A stretch of 64,000 nt of DNA from Paraphysomonas bandaiensis. Taxonomy: Eukaryota; Protista; Chrysophyceae. The first letter of the stretch is position 1; each line of letters opens with the position of its first letter. Both the position numbers and the translations under genes were made by a program. Below are positions 37,945 to 49,300 of this stretch, piece by piece. The notes under the pieces were generated by a model. That model had not been told where the DNA came from. It ran no database searches and worked only from the letters and a program-made list of their open reading frames with translations. The DNA is taken from positions 124,001 to 188,000 of the forward strand of contig CBFFRP010000150.1 in the NCBI GenBank assembly GCA_965644295.1, given 5' to 3'.

Positions 37945-40900
37945 ATGTCTTCATCACTATCAGTTGGTAAACAATCATCATCTCCAGATCTTGGTAAAGT
38001 AAATACATCATCACGAGTAAAGAATAAGAAGAAATGGGGAATATTCTCTAATAAAGCATCAGATTATGATGAAGCTTTATCAACAGAAGAAAAGAATCGT
38101 ATGATAACAAATCTTAGAAATCAATTAGTTGAAAAAGATGCTGTAATTGATACTTTACAAACACGTATTGATCGTCTTGAGAATGAGATGAAGCGGTCGT
38201 CTATTATCGTCCATCGCAAACATCCTCTCAATCAGCAGACACATCTTATTACTGATGATGGAAGTACTAAACGTGCAGTAGCAACTAGAGGGTCTGTTGC
38301 AACAGCTAATATTTTGCGTTCTCTTCCTGATCCCAGTAAATCCCCTGCTATGGTTCTTGCGGAACGGTTCATGGCGGCTTTTAAGAACCCTATCGAGTAT
38401 ATGACTTACCTTCAGAGTCGGGATTTCGCCTCTGATATAATTGAAATTTGTGACGCTATGTGCGAGCTGCTAGAGGACGAACCGCGTTGTCATTTCCTGC
38501 AATCTCCTGTCTATGTATTTGGAGACATTCACGGAAACCTGGAAGACCTACATTTCTTTTCCGACAATCTTTGGAAATGTGGTATGGAGCTAACTGCCGG
38601 AAAATTTCTCTTTCTTGGAGACTATGTAGACAGGGGATTAAACTGTCTTGAGTGTATCGCGTACCTATTTGGACTTAAGATACTCTGCCCCAATAAACTA
38701 GTCTTACTCAGGTAAATGTCAGTTGGTATGACAACGGGTGTACACCTACTATCCATATCGCTGATAAAACCTACGACTAAACTGTTGTTGTCGTGATTTG
38801 CAGGGGAAATCATGAGACTCGCAGTGTGAACGGTTGGGAAGAACACTACAAGGAGAAATCCTTTTTGCATCAATGCAAGGTCAGGATCGAATTGTACATA
38901 TGCAAATGTATTCTAACTACGAATGCAGTCTCGATTTGGGAAGGAGCTTGGAGAGAGCGTTTGGGAGGAAGTCAATCAATGTTTTGATCGTCTACCTTTG
39001 GCCGCAGTTATTGATCATGATATTTTTTGTATCCATGGGGGTATTCCTCGTCCTGTACCTGATTATGACAACGCCATCCAGGCTATCCTTGCATTGCCAA
39101 ATGTGGCGGCTGTCAATCCGTGCTACGAGCATGAAACAGATGAAACACAGCAGGTTCATGTTGATAGTGAGAGTATTGTAATGATATAGTTCTCATAACG
39201 TGTATACAGGTCGCTTCGGACTGTATATGGAGCGACCCCGCTAATGAGGAGCAAGAGTCGTATCTGGATGAGACGGGTTTCGGACCCTCCCTTCGTGGAG
39301 GAGACTGCGTATGCTTTGGTATGGCGGCCATAGATGACTTTCTCGTTTCAAATCAGCTTTCATTCATTGTTCGTGCACATGAAGCTCATGCACATGGCGT
39401 CTCCATATCCAAAGCAGCAAGGTAAGATCAGCTTCAATGTTCATGCTGTAGAAGGTACACCTTGGAAGCGGTCGATAGGCTATGAAACTCAACTATGCCG
39501 AATGTCGAAATACTTATGATAGTTTTGCAGAGTGTTCACAGTGTTTTCTACATCTAAGGATCACGGACAGGGTCGAAAGGCTATGGCGGGATGTATCCTG
39601 GTGGACGTGGACAAGATTCAGGTCTGTCGACCTAACTAGTGCTGGTGTTTCGAAAACAGTAACAGTAGGATGCCAGGTTATAAACCGTTCACCAGCGTAC
39701 AAAAACAAGTACATTCACCACCGAACGTCTGTTGGGTGTGATTTAACCGACGAGCAGGTACTCATTTTGTTCACTTCCACCGATAGATATAATTTCGTGA
39801 TTTGCAACCATAATTTCAGTATATATAGTAATACTTGTATATGTATGCGTGGGTGTGGTGTATGATGACATTGCATAAAATCACATGTTAGACTTCATAA
39901 TACTTGATGTTTGACGACAATGCAATACTCTGATACCACGGGTACGCTCTGTAGTATGTATTATATAGTATATTTTGAGGATGAAACGTATAGTTTAGTA
40001 TCTGGATTGTGTGCATATGTATGCGTGGGTGTGGTGTATGATGATATTGCATAAAATCACATGTTAGACTTCATAATACTTGATGTTTGACGACAATGCA
40101 ATACTCTGATACCACGGGTACGCTCTGTAGTATGTATTATATAGTATATTTTGAGGATGAAACGTATAGTTTAGTATCTGGATTGTGTGCATATGTATGC
40201 GTGGGTGTGGTGTATGATGATATTGCATAAAATCACATGTTAGACTTCATAATACTTGATGTTTGACGACAATGCAATACTCTGATACCACGGGTACGCT
40301 CTGTAGTATGTATTGTATAGTATATTATGAGGATGAAACGTATAGTTTAGTATCTGGATTGTGTGCATATGTATGCGTGGGTGTGGTGTATGATGATATT
40401 GCATAAAATCACATGTTAGACTTCATAATACTTGATGTTTGACGACAATGCAATACTCTGATACCACGGGTACGCTCTGTAGTATGTATTATATAGTATA
40501 TTTTGAGGATGAAACGTATAGTTTAGTATCTGGATTGTGTGCATATGTATGCGTGGGTGTGGTGTATGATGATATTGCATAAAATCACATGTTAGACTTC
40601 ATAATACTTGATGTTTGACGACAATGCAATACTCTGATACCACGGGTACGCTCTGTAGTATGTATTGTATAGTATATTATGAGGATGAAACGTATAGTTT
40701 AGTATCTGGATTGTGTGCATATGTATGCGTGGGTGTGGTGTATGATGATATTGCATAAAATCACATGTTAGACTTCATAATACTTGATGTTTGACGACAA
40801 TGCAATACTCTGATACCACGGGTACGCTCTGTAGTATGTATTGTATAGTATATTATGAGGATGAAACGTATAGTTTAGTATCTGGATTGTGTGCATATGT

Positions 40901-41922
40901 ATGCGTGGGTGTGGTGTATGATGATATTGCATAAAATCACATGTTAGACTTCATAATACTTGATGTTTGACGACAATGCAATACTCTGATACCACGGGTA
41001 CGCTCTGTAGTATGTATTATATAGTATATTTTGAGGATGAAACGTATAGTTTAGTATCTGGATTGTGTGCATATGTATGCGTGGGTGTGGTGTATGATGA
41101 TATTGCATAAAATCACATGTTAGACTTCATAATACTTGATGTTTGACGACAATGCAATACTCTGATACCACGGGTACGCTCTGTAGTATGTATTGTATAG
41201 TATATTATGAGGATGAAACGTATAGTTTAGTATCTGGATTGTGTGCATATGTATGCGTGGGTGTGGTGTATGATGATATTGCATAAAATCACATGTTAGA
41301 CTTCATAATACTTGATGTTTGACGACAATGCAATACTCTGATACCACGGGTACGCTCTGTAGTATGTATTATATAGTATATTTTGTGGATGAAACGTATA
41401 GTTTAGTATCTGGATTGTGTGCATATGTATGCGTGGGTGTGGTGTATGATGATATTGCATAAAATCACATGTTAGACTTCATAATACTTGATGTTTGACG
41501 ACAATGCAATACTCTGATACCACGGGTACGCTCTGTAGTATGTATTGTATAGTATATTATGAGGATGAAACGTATAGTTTAGTATCTGGATTGTGTGAAT
41601 ATTCTTTTTTCTAATTACTGTATTGTAGCTGGCCGAGATGTCACGGCTTGGTCTGGTAAGAGCTGACTCTATCGAAGGCAGGAGACACAGATCCAGATCC
41701 AGCCGCTCGACTCACATGCACCCGAAGGATCGATCAGATTCTGTGGTACGGCTTGATATGTAGATACTGGTTATGTAGTGCATGCTGTGCATAGTTTTTG
41801 TTGTGCTGGAATGCCGCAGATAAATGTATTTTTTACAGGGTTCTGAGAAGGCTGATGGGAAGGCTGTGACGCATGTGGTAGACTTTGATGACAGTGATAA
41901 GAAGGGCGGTTCGGATATATAG
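37945..41922 (+). CDS. PPP-family Ser/Thr protein phosphatase with N-terminal coiled coil
   Basis: [14 protein letters not shown]|GNHE, HGG, WSDP and RAHE motifs over many exons; the last exons (41629-41922) follow a 1.87-kb intron. Confidence 0.9.
39838..41597 (+). repeat. Tandem array of ten 176-bp units in intron 39758-41628
   Basis: Unit starts at 39841, 40017, 40193 ... 41425; two interspersed sequence variants. Confidence 0.97.
39855..39939 (+). ncRNA. Putative box C/D snoRNA (first of ten tandem copies, period 176 bp)
   Basis: gtggtg-t-ATGATGA (box C) ... t-CTGA (box D)-taccac; 6-bp terminal stem with 3-nt K-turn bulge; C'-like ttgatgt; on the sense strand of a host intron. Confidence 0.65.
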
Positions 41923-42389
41923 AAGACTGTCGACAGATGCACACGACGCTACACGCCGTGCATATGTGCAATTCATATCATACGTGTGCTATGTAAAGAC
42001 AGCTGAAGTAGTGTAGTGACTTAACCAGCGTTAGATTATAGTTAACATAGTAAATACATACGTAATACGTAGTCCTATGACTTGGTCTGGCATATGTATG
42101 CGTATGCGTAGGTAATCTAGAATCTAGGTAATTGGTGCATATTCTGGGTTTGTGCTATACGCTATACTTGCTATATGCTATAGTGCTCACGATGTGTGCG
42201 ATAATAATAATAGCTGTTTTCACGCAATAACGCTCGACATACGGAATGTAGTACAACAATGCATCTACTGTTGATGATGATTTCTTAGCAACAAGAGGTT
42301 ATAGAAAAATACTAACTGAGCAAGTATCATTACCCAAGCATGGCTATGACACACAGCACTAAGTCCATTCACAACGGAAACAAAGAAAT

Positions 42390-43152
42390 ATTGGTGGACT
42401 GGTCAAATATTCCATCAATAGTGTTTATGTTAAAAGAGCTCACAATACTATTGCAATATATTGCAATCAATATTATGATAGTCATATAAGAGAAGATTCT
42501 CAACTGTAGAGTGCAAAATGGATATAAATAACCGAGAAATTGATTACAATATTACAAAGGATAATGAAGCTGATGTTGACTATGCGACTAAAAATCTTCA
42601 GTCAGCTCAAAAAATTAAGAAACGTACAGATCCACGAGTCATTAACGGTTGCCTGGCCCATTTTTATTTTAACGGTTACATGTTGAATCCGTCTCCAATA
42701 TTCAAGAATAGTAAGGGCGAAGATGTAAAAGTCCGAGAAATTGATGAAAACATCTGTTCAGACAGCTAAACATATTATATCAGTGTTGCGCAAAAGTATC
42801 CATCCTACTTAATGTGCTATTGTTTCTGAAAACAAGCTATTCGACAGTTATGGCCGGATACTAGCATATTTCAATTAATTCTGTGGATGAATATGGTGAT
42901 GTTGATGGCTCAGAGAATGAGGACGAGGTGGATTTTTAGTAGCTATAAGCAGCAGTTGGTTTGGTTGTCATGTGATCTTAATGACTAATACTAAAAATGA
43001 AATCTACGGATGTGCTTACCTACTGATTAGTCATACTAATATATTGCAATAATACATTGACAATATATTGCAATATATTGTAATCGTATTGTAGGACCGG
43101 TTTAAAAAATCCATCTAACAATAGTATTGCAATATATTGTTCCCTATCCCTG
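42390..43152 (+). mobile_element. Internally deleted, 5'-truncated hAT element (relative of 52927-54599)
   Basis: Shares ttggtggactggtcaaatattcc..., a degraded transposase tail and the right TIR gttccctatccctg. Confidence 0.85.
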
Positions 43153-43293
43153 CGTTAAACTATATTTATGTGTATTGAAATCTCGCTGGTGCAAGCTAAG
43201 GTACGGAGCAAGTTGTGGTTATGTGGGCTACGCTAGGAAGCGTGAGATCTCTCGCTGGCGATATTATCTATTGTGTATATTATTTAGGGTTAA

Positions 43294-45001
43294 CCACAAG
43301 TGATAACCACGAGTAGATCTCAAAAAACTAATCGTATCATTATTATATTCAATCAAGTAGTTGTCTTGCAAAGCTATGTTATATAGTAGCAGTACTCTGT
43401 TCTAGTGCGTACATATATACTTGATCAGCTAGCTGCATACAGAAGCTATGATAATCATATTCTTCACTAGCTACATCATTGATATCACGATAGGCATTAA
43501 ATGTATTTTGCAAAATGCAGCCAAACGCAAAGGAATCCTGCTTACCCCTTTCACCCTTAACACCTTTACCCCCATGCTTGTGCGGCCATATGCGGTATTT
43601 GATCTGTCGGTTAAACAAATCGCATACACCAAACTTCTTTTTGTACGCATCAATAGCAGGGCGATGGTGATGAGTACCTCGTCGACCATATCGTGTGTAT
43701 GCATTGCTCATAGCAGTCCTAATCTTAGCATCTTTTTGGCCATGCTGTGGCTTCGCATAGTACTGAACAATTATCTCGCCCGTAGTCTTGTTGTAAACGC
43801 CAGCAAAGTCCCCCACCTTGCGTATCTTCTTCTTAAGCATATCCGTTTGAAGCTTGAATCGATTAGGGTGGACGGCTCCAATGTACTTAACGTTTTGTCG
43901 ATTCAAGAATTCCCTAGTTGAGCTAGAATGGTAAAACGAGTCAAAGACAAGCAAGGTATCGACGTCTTTGTCCACATAAGGACCATCTAGTACATGTCGA
44001 CACCACATTTGTACCACTTGAGAAACCGGAAATGACCCTTCGTCTAATTTACTAACATCATGTAGGCATAAATGCAACAAGTAGGACAAACCATTGGACA
44101 AAATTGATGCTAGCTGATAGAACCACAGCCCCACTCTATCAGGCTTGCTAAAAACCACACGAACATTATCACTTTCACCAAAAAAGCGAAGCAACTTTTC
44201 GTCCCCTGCAACATAGGTACCAATATGCCTGACAATACTCATAAAATTAGCTGACAACTCTTCCAGATACGTGCTATCAACCAGAAAATGAGACAAAACA
44301 AGTTCACAACCAACGATTCCGAACGTCTTGACGAGGTATTTCTCCTCAAAATATTTCTTGAACGCCTTGATTTGAAGACGCAAAGGACGGGTCCGTGCTT
44401 TGACACTAACAGGTACACACTGCTCACCATAAATTCGAATCTTAATGGCCAATATGCAATATATCTTTTTCAAAGACAACCGCAGTGTCCATCCATTGAA
44501 GTATCTGAGTTCATGTTTAGGAATTTCCGATGCAATCTTCGTGACAAAGGCAGGAGGGAGAAACTTCAAGAAAATCTCCAAAAGGGATGCCCTTTGACCC
44601 CCTTTTCGCACATTAAAACACAGATGGCGTTTCTCGCGTATAGCATGAGGCCGCTTGAATGACTCTTTGTCGAAATTAATCAAACGCCATTGTCTTCTCT
44701 CTCTAAGCTTACAGGCGTCGGCAGCAGCTTTTTTCGTGCGCTTCCTTTTGGTCCCTTTCGCGCGCTTTTGAGTTGCTCCTGAAACCATTGTTAGTTGTCA
44801 GCAAGTGGCAATTAATGTCAATTACCTGCACTTTAATTTTATATTGAATTGACTGATCAGCAGTGTAGGTGTAAGTGTCACAAGTGTTGAGATGTTTTAA
44901 CAGTTACAGGTTTTTGCAGTTGGTACAACAAAATCCCGTACTTATCCTATGAGAGGGGACAAAAAAACGAAAAAAAAGCTACTTATGGTTATTACTTATG
45001 G
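43294..45001 (-). mobile_element. piggyBac-like DNA transposon (inner boundary estimate)
   Basis: Imperfect IR tagggTTAAccacaagtgataaccacgagtag / ctacttatggttattacttatggTTAGcccta brackets the transposase. Confidence 0.65.
43379..44788 (-). CDS. piggyBac-like DDD transposase, 469 aa
   Basis: VAGDEKLLRFFG...SKPDRVGLWFY, LVFDSFY, YKKKFGVCDLFNR motifs; basic NLS-like N-terminus; uninterrupted ORF. Confidence 0.85.
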   Translation of the reverse strand: MVSGATQKRAKGTKRKRTKKAAADACKLRERRQWRLINFDKESFKRPHAIREKRHLCFNVRKGGQRASLLEIFLKFLPPAFVTKIASEIPKHELRYFNGWTLRLSLKKIYCILAIKIRIYGEQCVPVSVKARTRPLRLQIKAFKKYFEEKYLVKTFGIVGCELVLSHFLVDSTYLEELSANFMSIVRHIGTYVAGDEKLLRFFGESDNVRVVFSKPDRVGLWFYQLASILSNGLSYLLHLCLHDVSKLDEGSFPVSQVVQMWCRHVLDGPYVDKDVDTLLVFDSFYHSSSTREFLNRQNVKYIGAVHPNRFKLQTDMLKKKIRKVGDFAGVYNKTTGEIIVQYYAKPQHGQKDAKIRTAMSNAYTRYGRRGTHHHRPAIDAYKKKFGVCDLFNRQIKYRIWPHKHGGKGVKGERGKQDSFAFGCILQNTFNAYRDINDVASEEYDYHSFCMQLADQVYMYALEQSTATI

Positions 45002-45743
45002 TTAGCCCTAATTATTACATGTACATCACACTGTGTCATTGCACTACTTGTCATCATTGTATTAACATTGCATTGTATGCACTTACACTTATTACTACAT
45101 CACTCACATCACATTACTACTATACCTATGTAACACTTACATTGTATGCACTTACACTTATCACCATACCACCCACACCACATATATGACATACACTACA
45201 TATCCCTGTATACTGTGTTGGTATTAATTCTTCTCTAGCTGCAGATAGAAGGAATTAGATATCAATGTAGTGCATTCATATTCATCCATACCTTCTACTA
45301 TCTCTATATGTATGTGTATTACCATCTATATTCATCATCACACTCTTATCACCTGCATACTGTATGGCATATTGTACACGTGCTTCTATAAAATCCAAGT
45401 CTTGTTATAAGCACGATCTACATGTATACATGACATGAATATGGCGTATGTATGACATATGTACACATTGTATCACCTGAGGGTCCATTCATGCTGTTAT
45501 GAGGCCATTGGTACTCTCTGTGTGGTCTTCATATTCCTGTGGAACGCATTGAAGTCTAACTTCTTGCATTCATCATCGTTGGAGCCGTGACTTGCCTGAG
45601 ACATCTGTCATCATGAACTTGACTAGTGTGCCAAGTATCATCGTCTATCTCTTACTAGTTATGGAGCGATGGCGTGTGTCTGCAATGAGCGTTAAGAGCA
45701 TCATCTTCTTCAGTCTCTTCTCAACTCTTGTTATTGTCATATG

Positions 45744-45800
45744 CCGTATTTACCGTATTTACCGTATTTACCGTATTTACCGTATTTACTGTATTTACTG
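45744..45800. repeat. 9-bp minisatellite (ccgtattta)n
   Basis: About 5 perfect units plus degenerate ctgtattta units. Confidence 0.9.
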
Positions 45801-46350
45801 TATACTTATGTTATATAGCCTTGCTGTTAACACGTAGTTGGAGGTGTCCAGTTATAAGAGCTTAGCTAGGGGTGCCTGAGCTGTTGTAAGGCTATTAACA
45901 AGTGTATTCCTTTTCTTATAACAAGTGTTGGTGATACACTTATCCGATGATTGAGAAAGTTCAACATAGTAATTAGGGAGACCATTCAACTACTCTTCTT
46001 CTTCGCGTAATAACTCTATTTATACAAATCCACATCATCTGCGCTGAAGTTTCGTTCTACCATATCTGCCTTAACGCAAATATTTACATACATTTTGCGA
46101 TCTGCAGGAATATTTCCATTCAAACCATATTTTTGCATAGATATAGTTTAACGCTACAGCGTTACAGAGTGGTTGGATGGTCTTCCTAATTACTATGTTG
46201 AACTTGCTCAATCATCGGATAAGTACATAGTTTATGATGACATTGAGAACGACGACGATGATACTATAATTATTGCTGGACTTGATAGTGTATCACCAAC
46301 TGCGAAATCTTGTAGTATAACATCAATTACTGACTCTAGCAGCATGTCAT

Positions 46351-49300
46351 TGTAGGACTATCCACTTACATATAGAATATATACGTGTACATGTCCTGTA
46401 TTATATGATTAGTAGTACAGTACTGTATTGTATACGTGTACCATGTAGTTAGGAATACAAACTGTAGGGAATGTGATTGTTGTTGGGATTAGCAATAGCC
46501 GTTGATATTGTAGACAGTATTATTAGCCGTTGATATTGTAGACAGTATTATTCATGATTCATTATACGATAATAATCATTATTTTGTACTTCTGTACTTG
46601 GGTATTGCTTTGCACACATACACATATGTATGCAAGCCCACAGTAATATTACTTAATAAGTAGTACTCAATCTCTGTGATATAACAATATTATGGGGGAA
46701 AGTAAGAGAAGCAAAATAAAAGCAGCTCCTCAAATAGAGGAATTGTTAGCTGCTTCGGGTTCTTCGTCTAAAAAGACGAAAAGAGAGAGAGAATCCTCTC
46801 GAAAACGAGCAAGAGATGCAACAACATCATCTCAAATGCAATCTTCTCCTCAAACTGAGACATCAGTAGAGGCTGAAGGAGAATTGAGTGGAGTATCATT
46901 TCGTGAGCTCTCTTCTTCTCAACCAAAGAGAAAGAAGCAAAGGAGTGGAGATCCGCACCCCAACAGGAGTGAGCGCATTGACTTGAATGAAGTCATTGCG
47001 ACGGAATCCACTCCACATGAAGTAATCAATACCGACTCTATTCCCTACTTAGGTAGTGTGCAAGATGAGGATATCATCGAATTTTGTGAAAATCTCTCGA
47101 AAAGAGATCCTAAAGGGACAAAATTCATAAGGTCAGAAATCATGGCACCAACAGTGCGTGATATGCTTCAGTTTCAGCGACAGCAGGATTTTGGAGATGA
47201 GTCTGACGAGGACTGGCTAGATCCAAACATTGTAACTACTGAGGAATTGATTCAGTGGTTAAAGCAAGCCTTTCTAGAGGAAGAGGAGCGATACTCTGAT
47301 ACATTGGAGCCTCTTCCTAGGTTCATAGATAATATCATTGGACCAAAGGTTAAGGTGGATATTCATGTTCCTAAAGTATTCTTAAAAGAATATGGACGTC
47401 TGAATGAGCTTTATAAGCTCATTCCGGAGGCAAGTCTCACAGAGGTAGCCTCGGATACCATAGTCAAAACCCTCAAGAAAAACATTAAACTTGTGGGCGG
47501 ACATTCCTTCAGAAAGGATGCCAAAGAGAAATTTATAGCGGATATAGGCCAAGGTCAATCTGCACCAAAAGATTTCGGAGCATTCTGTAGAAAGGTGCGA
47601 GAGCTTAACAATGACTATAGTCAAGCTGTGAGAAAAGTAAAGAGGATGGAAACTAAATTGGATTCCAAAGAAACATCTAAGTCTAACAAGACTAAGAATA
47701 CAAAAACTTCATCCTCCAGCTCATCCTCAAGTACTAAAGCAACAACTGATACTAAGGAAGCATGTTGGATATGCGGTAATCTTCATAAAGGTGACTGCAC
47801 CCGCAAAACCTGTGCATGGGCTAACCATGAAAAGAAGCCATGGAAAGATTCCACACAGGGCAAAAAATATGCGGTTATGGGTTGGAGTACCTGCCCTTAT
47901 GTGGAGAATCCTGATGGTCCTCCAAGATCGAAAACAAGTAAGTTATCATGCCCTAAGTGTTTATATATAAATGCTATTGACATGAATAATGATATGCTCG
48001 ATGTCTTTGTATATCCTAAAGCTGATGTCAATGTACAACAGGTAAAGGAAAATCTAAGAGCTAAAGCCTTATTGGACACGGGGGCTACTGGGAATAATTT
48101 CATTAACCAAGAACTTGCTGATATGTTAGTTGCTAGGTATAGAATTCCATTGCACGAGTGTAACATTAAAATTTGTAGTGCGCTTGATAATGCTTGTTGT
48201 AGTAGCAAGCAATATATGATAATAACTATAAGATTAACTGATGAGTATAACAATACTCTTGATATTGAGTTGCAATGTTTGATAATAGATAGCACCTTTG
48301 ATATCATAATTGGTAGAGAAACTATCAAGAAATATAGATTAGTTGATCATTTTCCATCTCACTTTATGGAAAGAGAGTTAGCAGGGAAAATGCTAGCTAC
48401 GGCCGCGGGCCATGCTGAGAAGACTCAGCTTCTCTCGGAACATATTAGTGAGAGAGCCACATGTTATAATAACATGGAAACATTAAGGCGCCAAGCTAAG
48501 GAACACCTTAGTTATAATAATAATTTACTTACAAGTAATAGCTTGGTTAGTACTATGTATTCACCTCCAATATCATCCATGCGTATAAGTGCATATGAAA
48601 AGGAAGATATAGGCGAGATTAGAGATAACTATCTGGAGTCAATCCCAGAAGAAATAGTTACAAATACTCAGGAAAAAGTAGAAGGTACTACGTTACCAAC
48701 TAAAATCTCTGGTCCCGAATCTTTACAAAGGAGGGTGAGAGAAATCCATGAAATCTATAAGGATAGATTTAGAACCACAGTGTCGGATATGCCAATGGAT
48801 GTTCCACCTTTTGAATTAGAGGTAGATAGGGATGCTTGGGAACAACCAAAACATTGTGGTCCGCCACGAAAGATGGATCGAGTACGACAGTATGCTTGTA
48901 AAAAGCAAATCGATACATTTGTGGAGCATGGAATAATACAACCAAGTACGGCTCCTTATTATAGCCAGGTATTATTAGTTCCCAAACCAAATGATAAATG
49001 GCGATTCTGTGTAGACTATAAAGGTCTAAACAAGCACACACAGAGGGAACGTTGGCCAATACCTAACATCAAAGAAATGTTAGAACGTATTGGGTCTAAG
49101 AAACCCAAATACTTCATAATTCTGGATTTAGTATCTGGTTATTACCAGGCTAAAATTTCAGAGTACTCGAGAAAGTGGACGGCATTTATAACCTTCTGGG
49201 GAGTATTCGAATGGCTCCGACTACCCATGGGTTTGAGTGGTGCTCCATCATACTTTCAACGAGTATTAACAACAATTGTGCTTGCCGGGTTGATTATGTT

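Noticed and set aside
39855-39939. SECIS element or hammerhead ribozyme in the repeat unit
   Set aside because: It has ATGA/GA and an AAAA stretch, but it is intronic, the apical region is too long, and the bulge geometry is C/D-type; no CUGANGA...GAAA core
39838-41597. CRISPR array
   Set aside because: Whole 176-bp units repeat with no unique spacers; eukaryotic intron; no cas genes
45560-45745. Extended minus-strand homology to the MTase gene (VEKRLKKM..ADT..SGKSR versus VSKRLGTM..ADT..SGKPR)
   Set aside because: Suggestive but low-complexity and interrupted by stops, and another frame looks equally protein-like; not used as evidence
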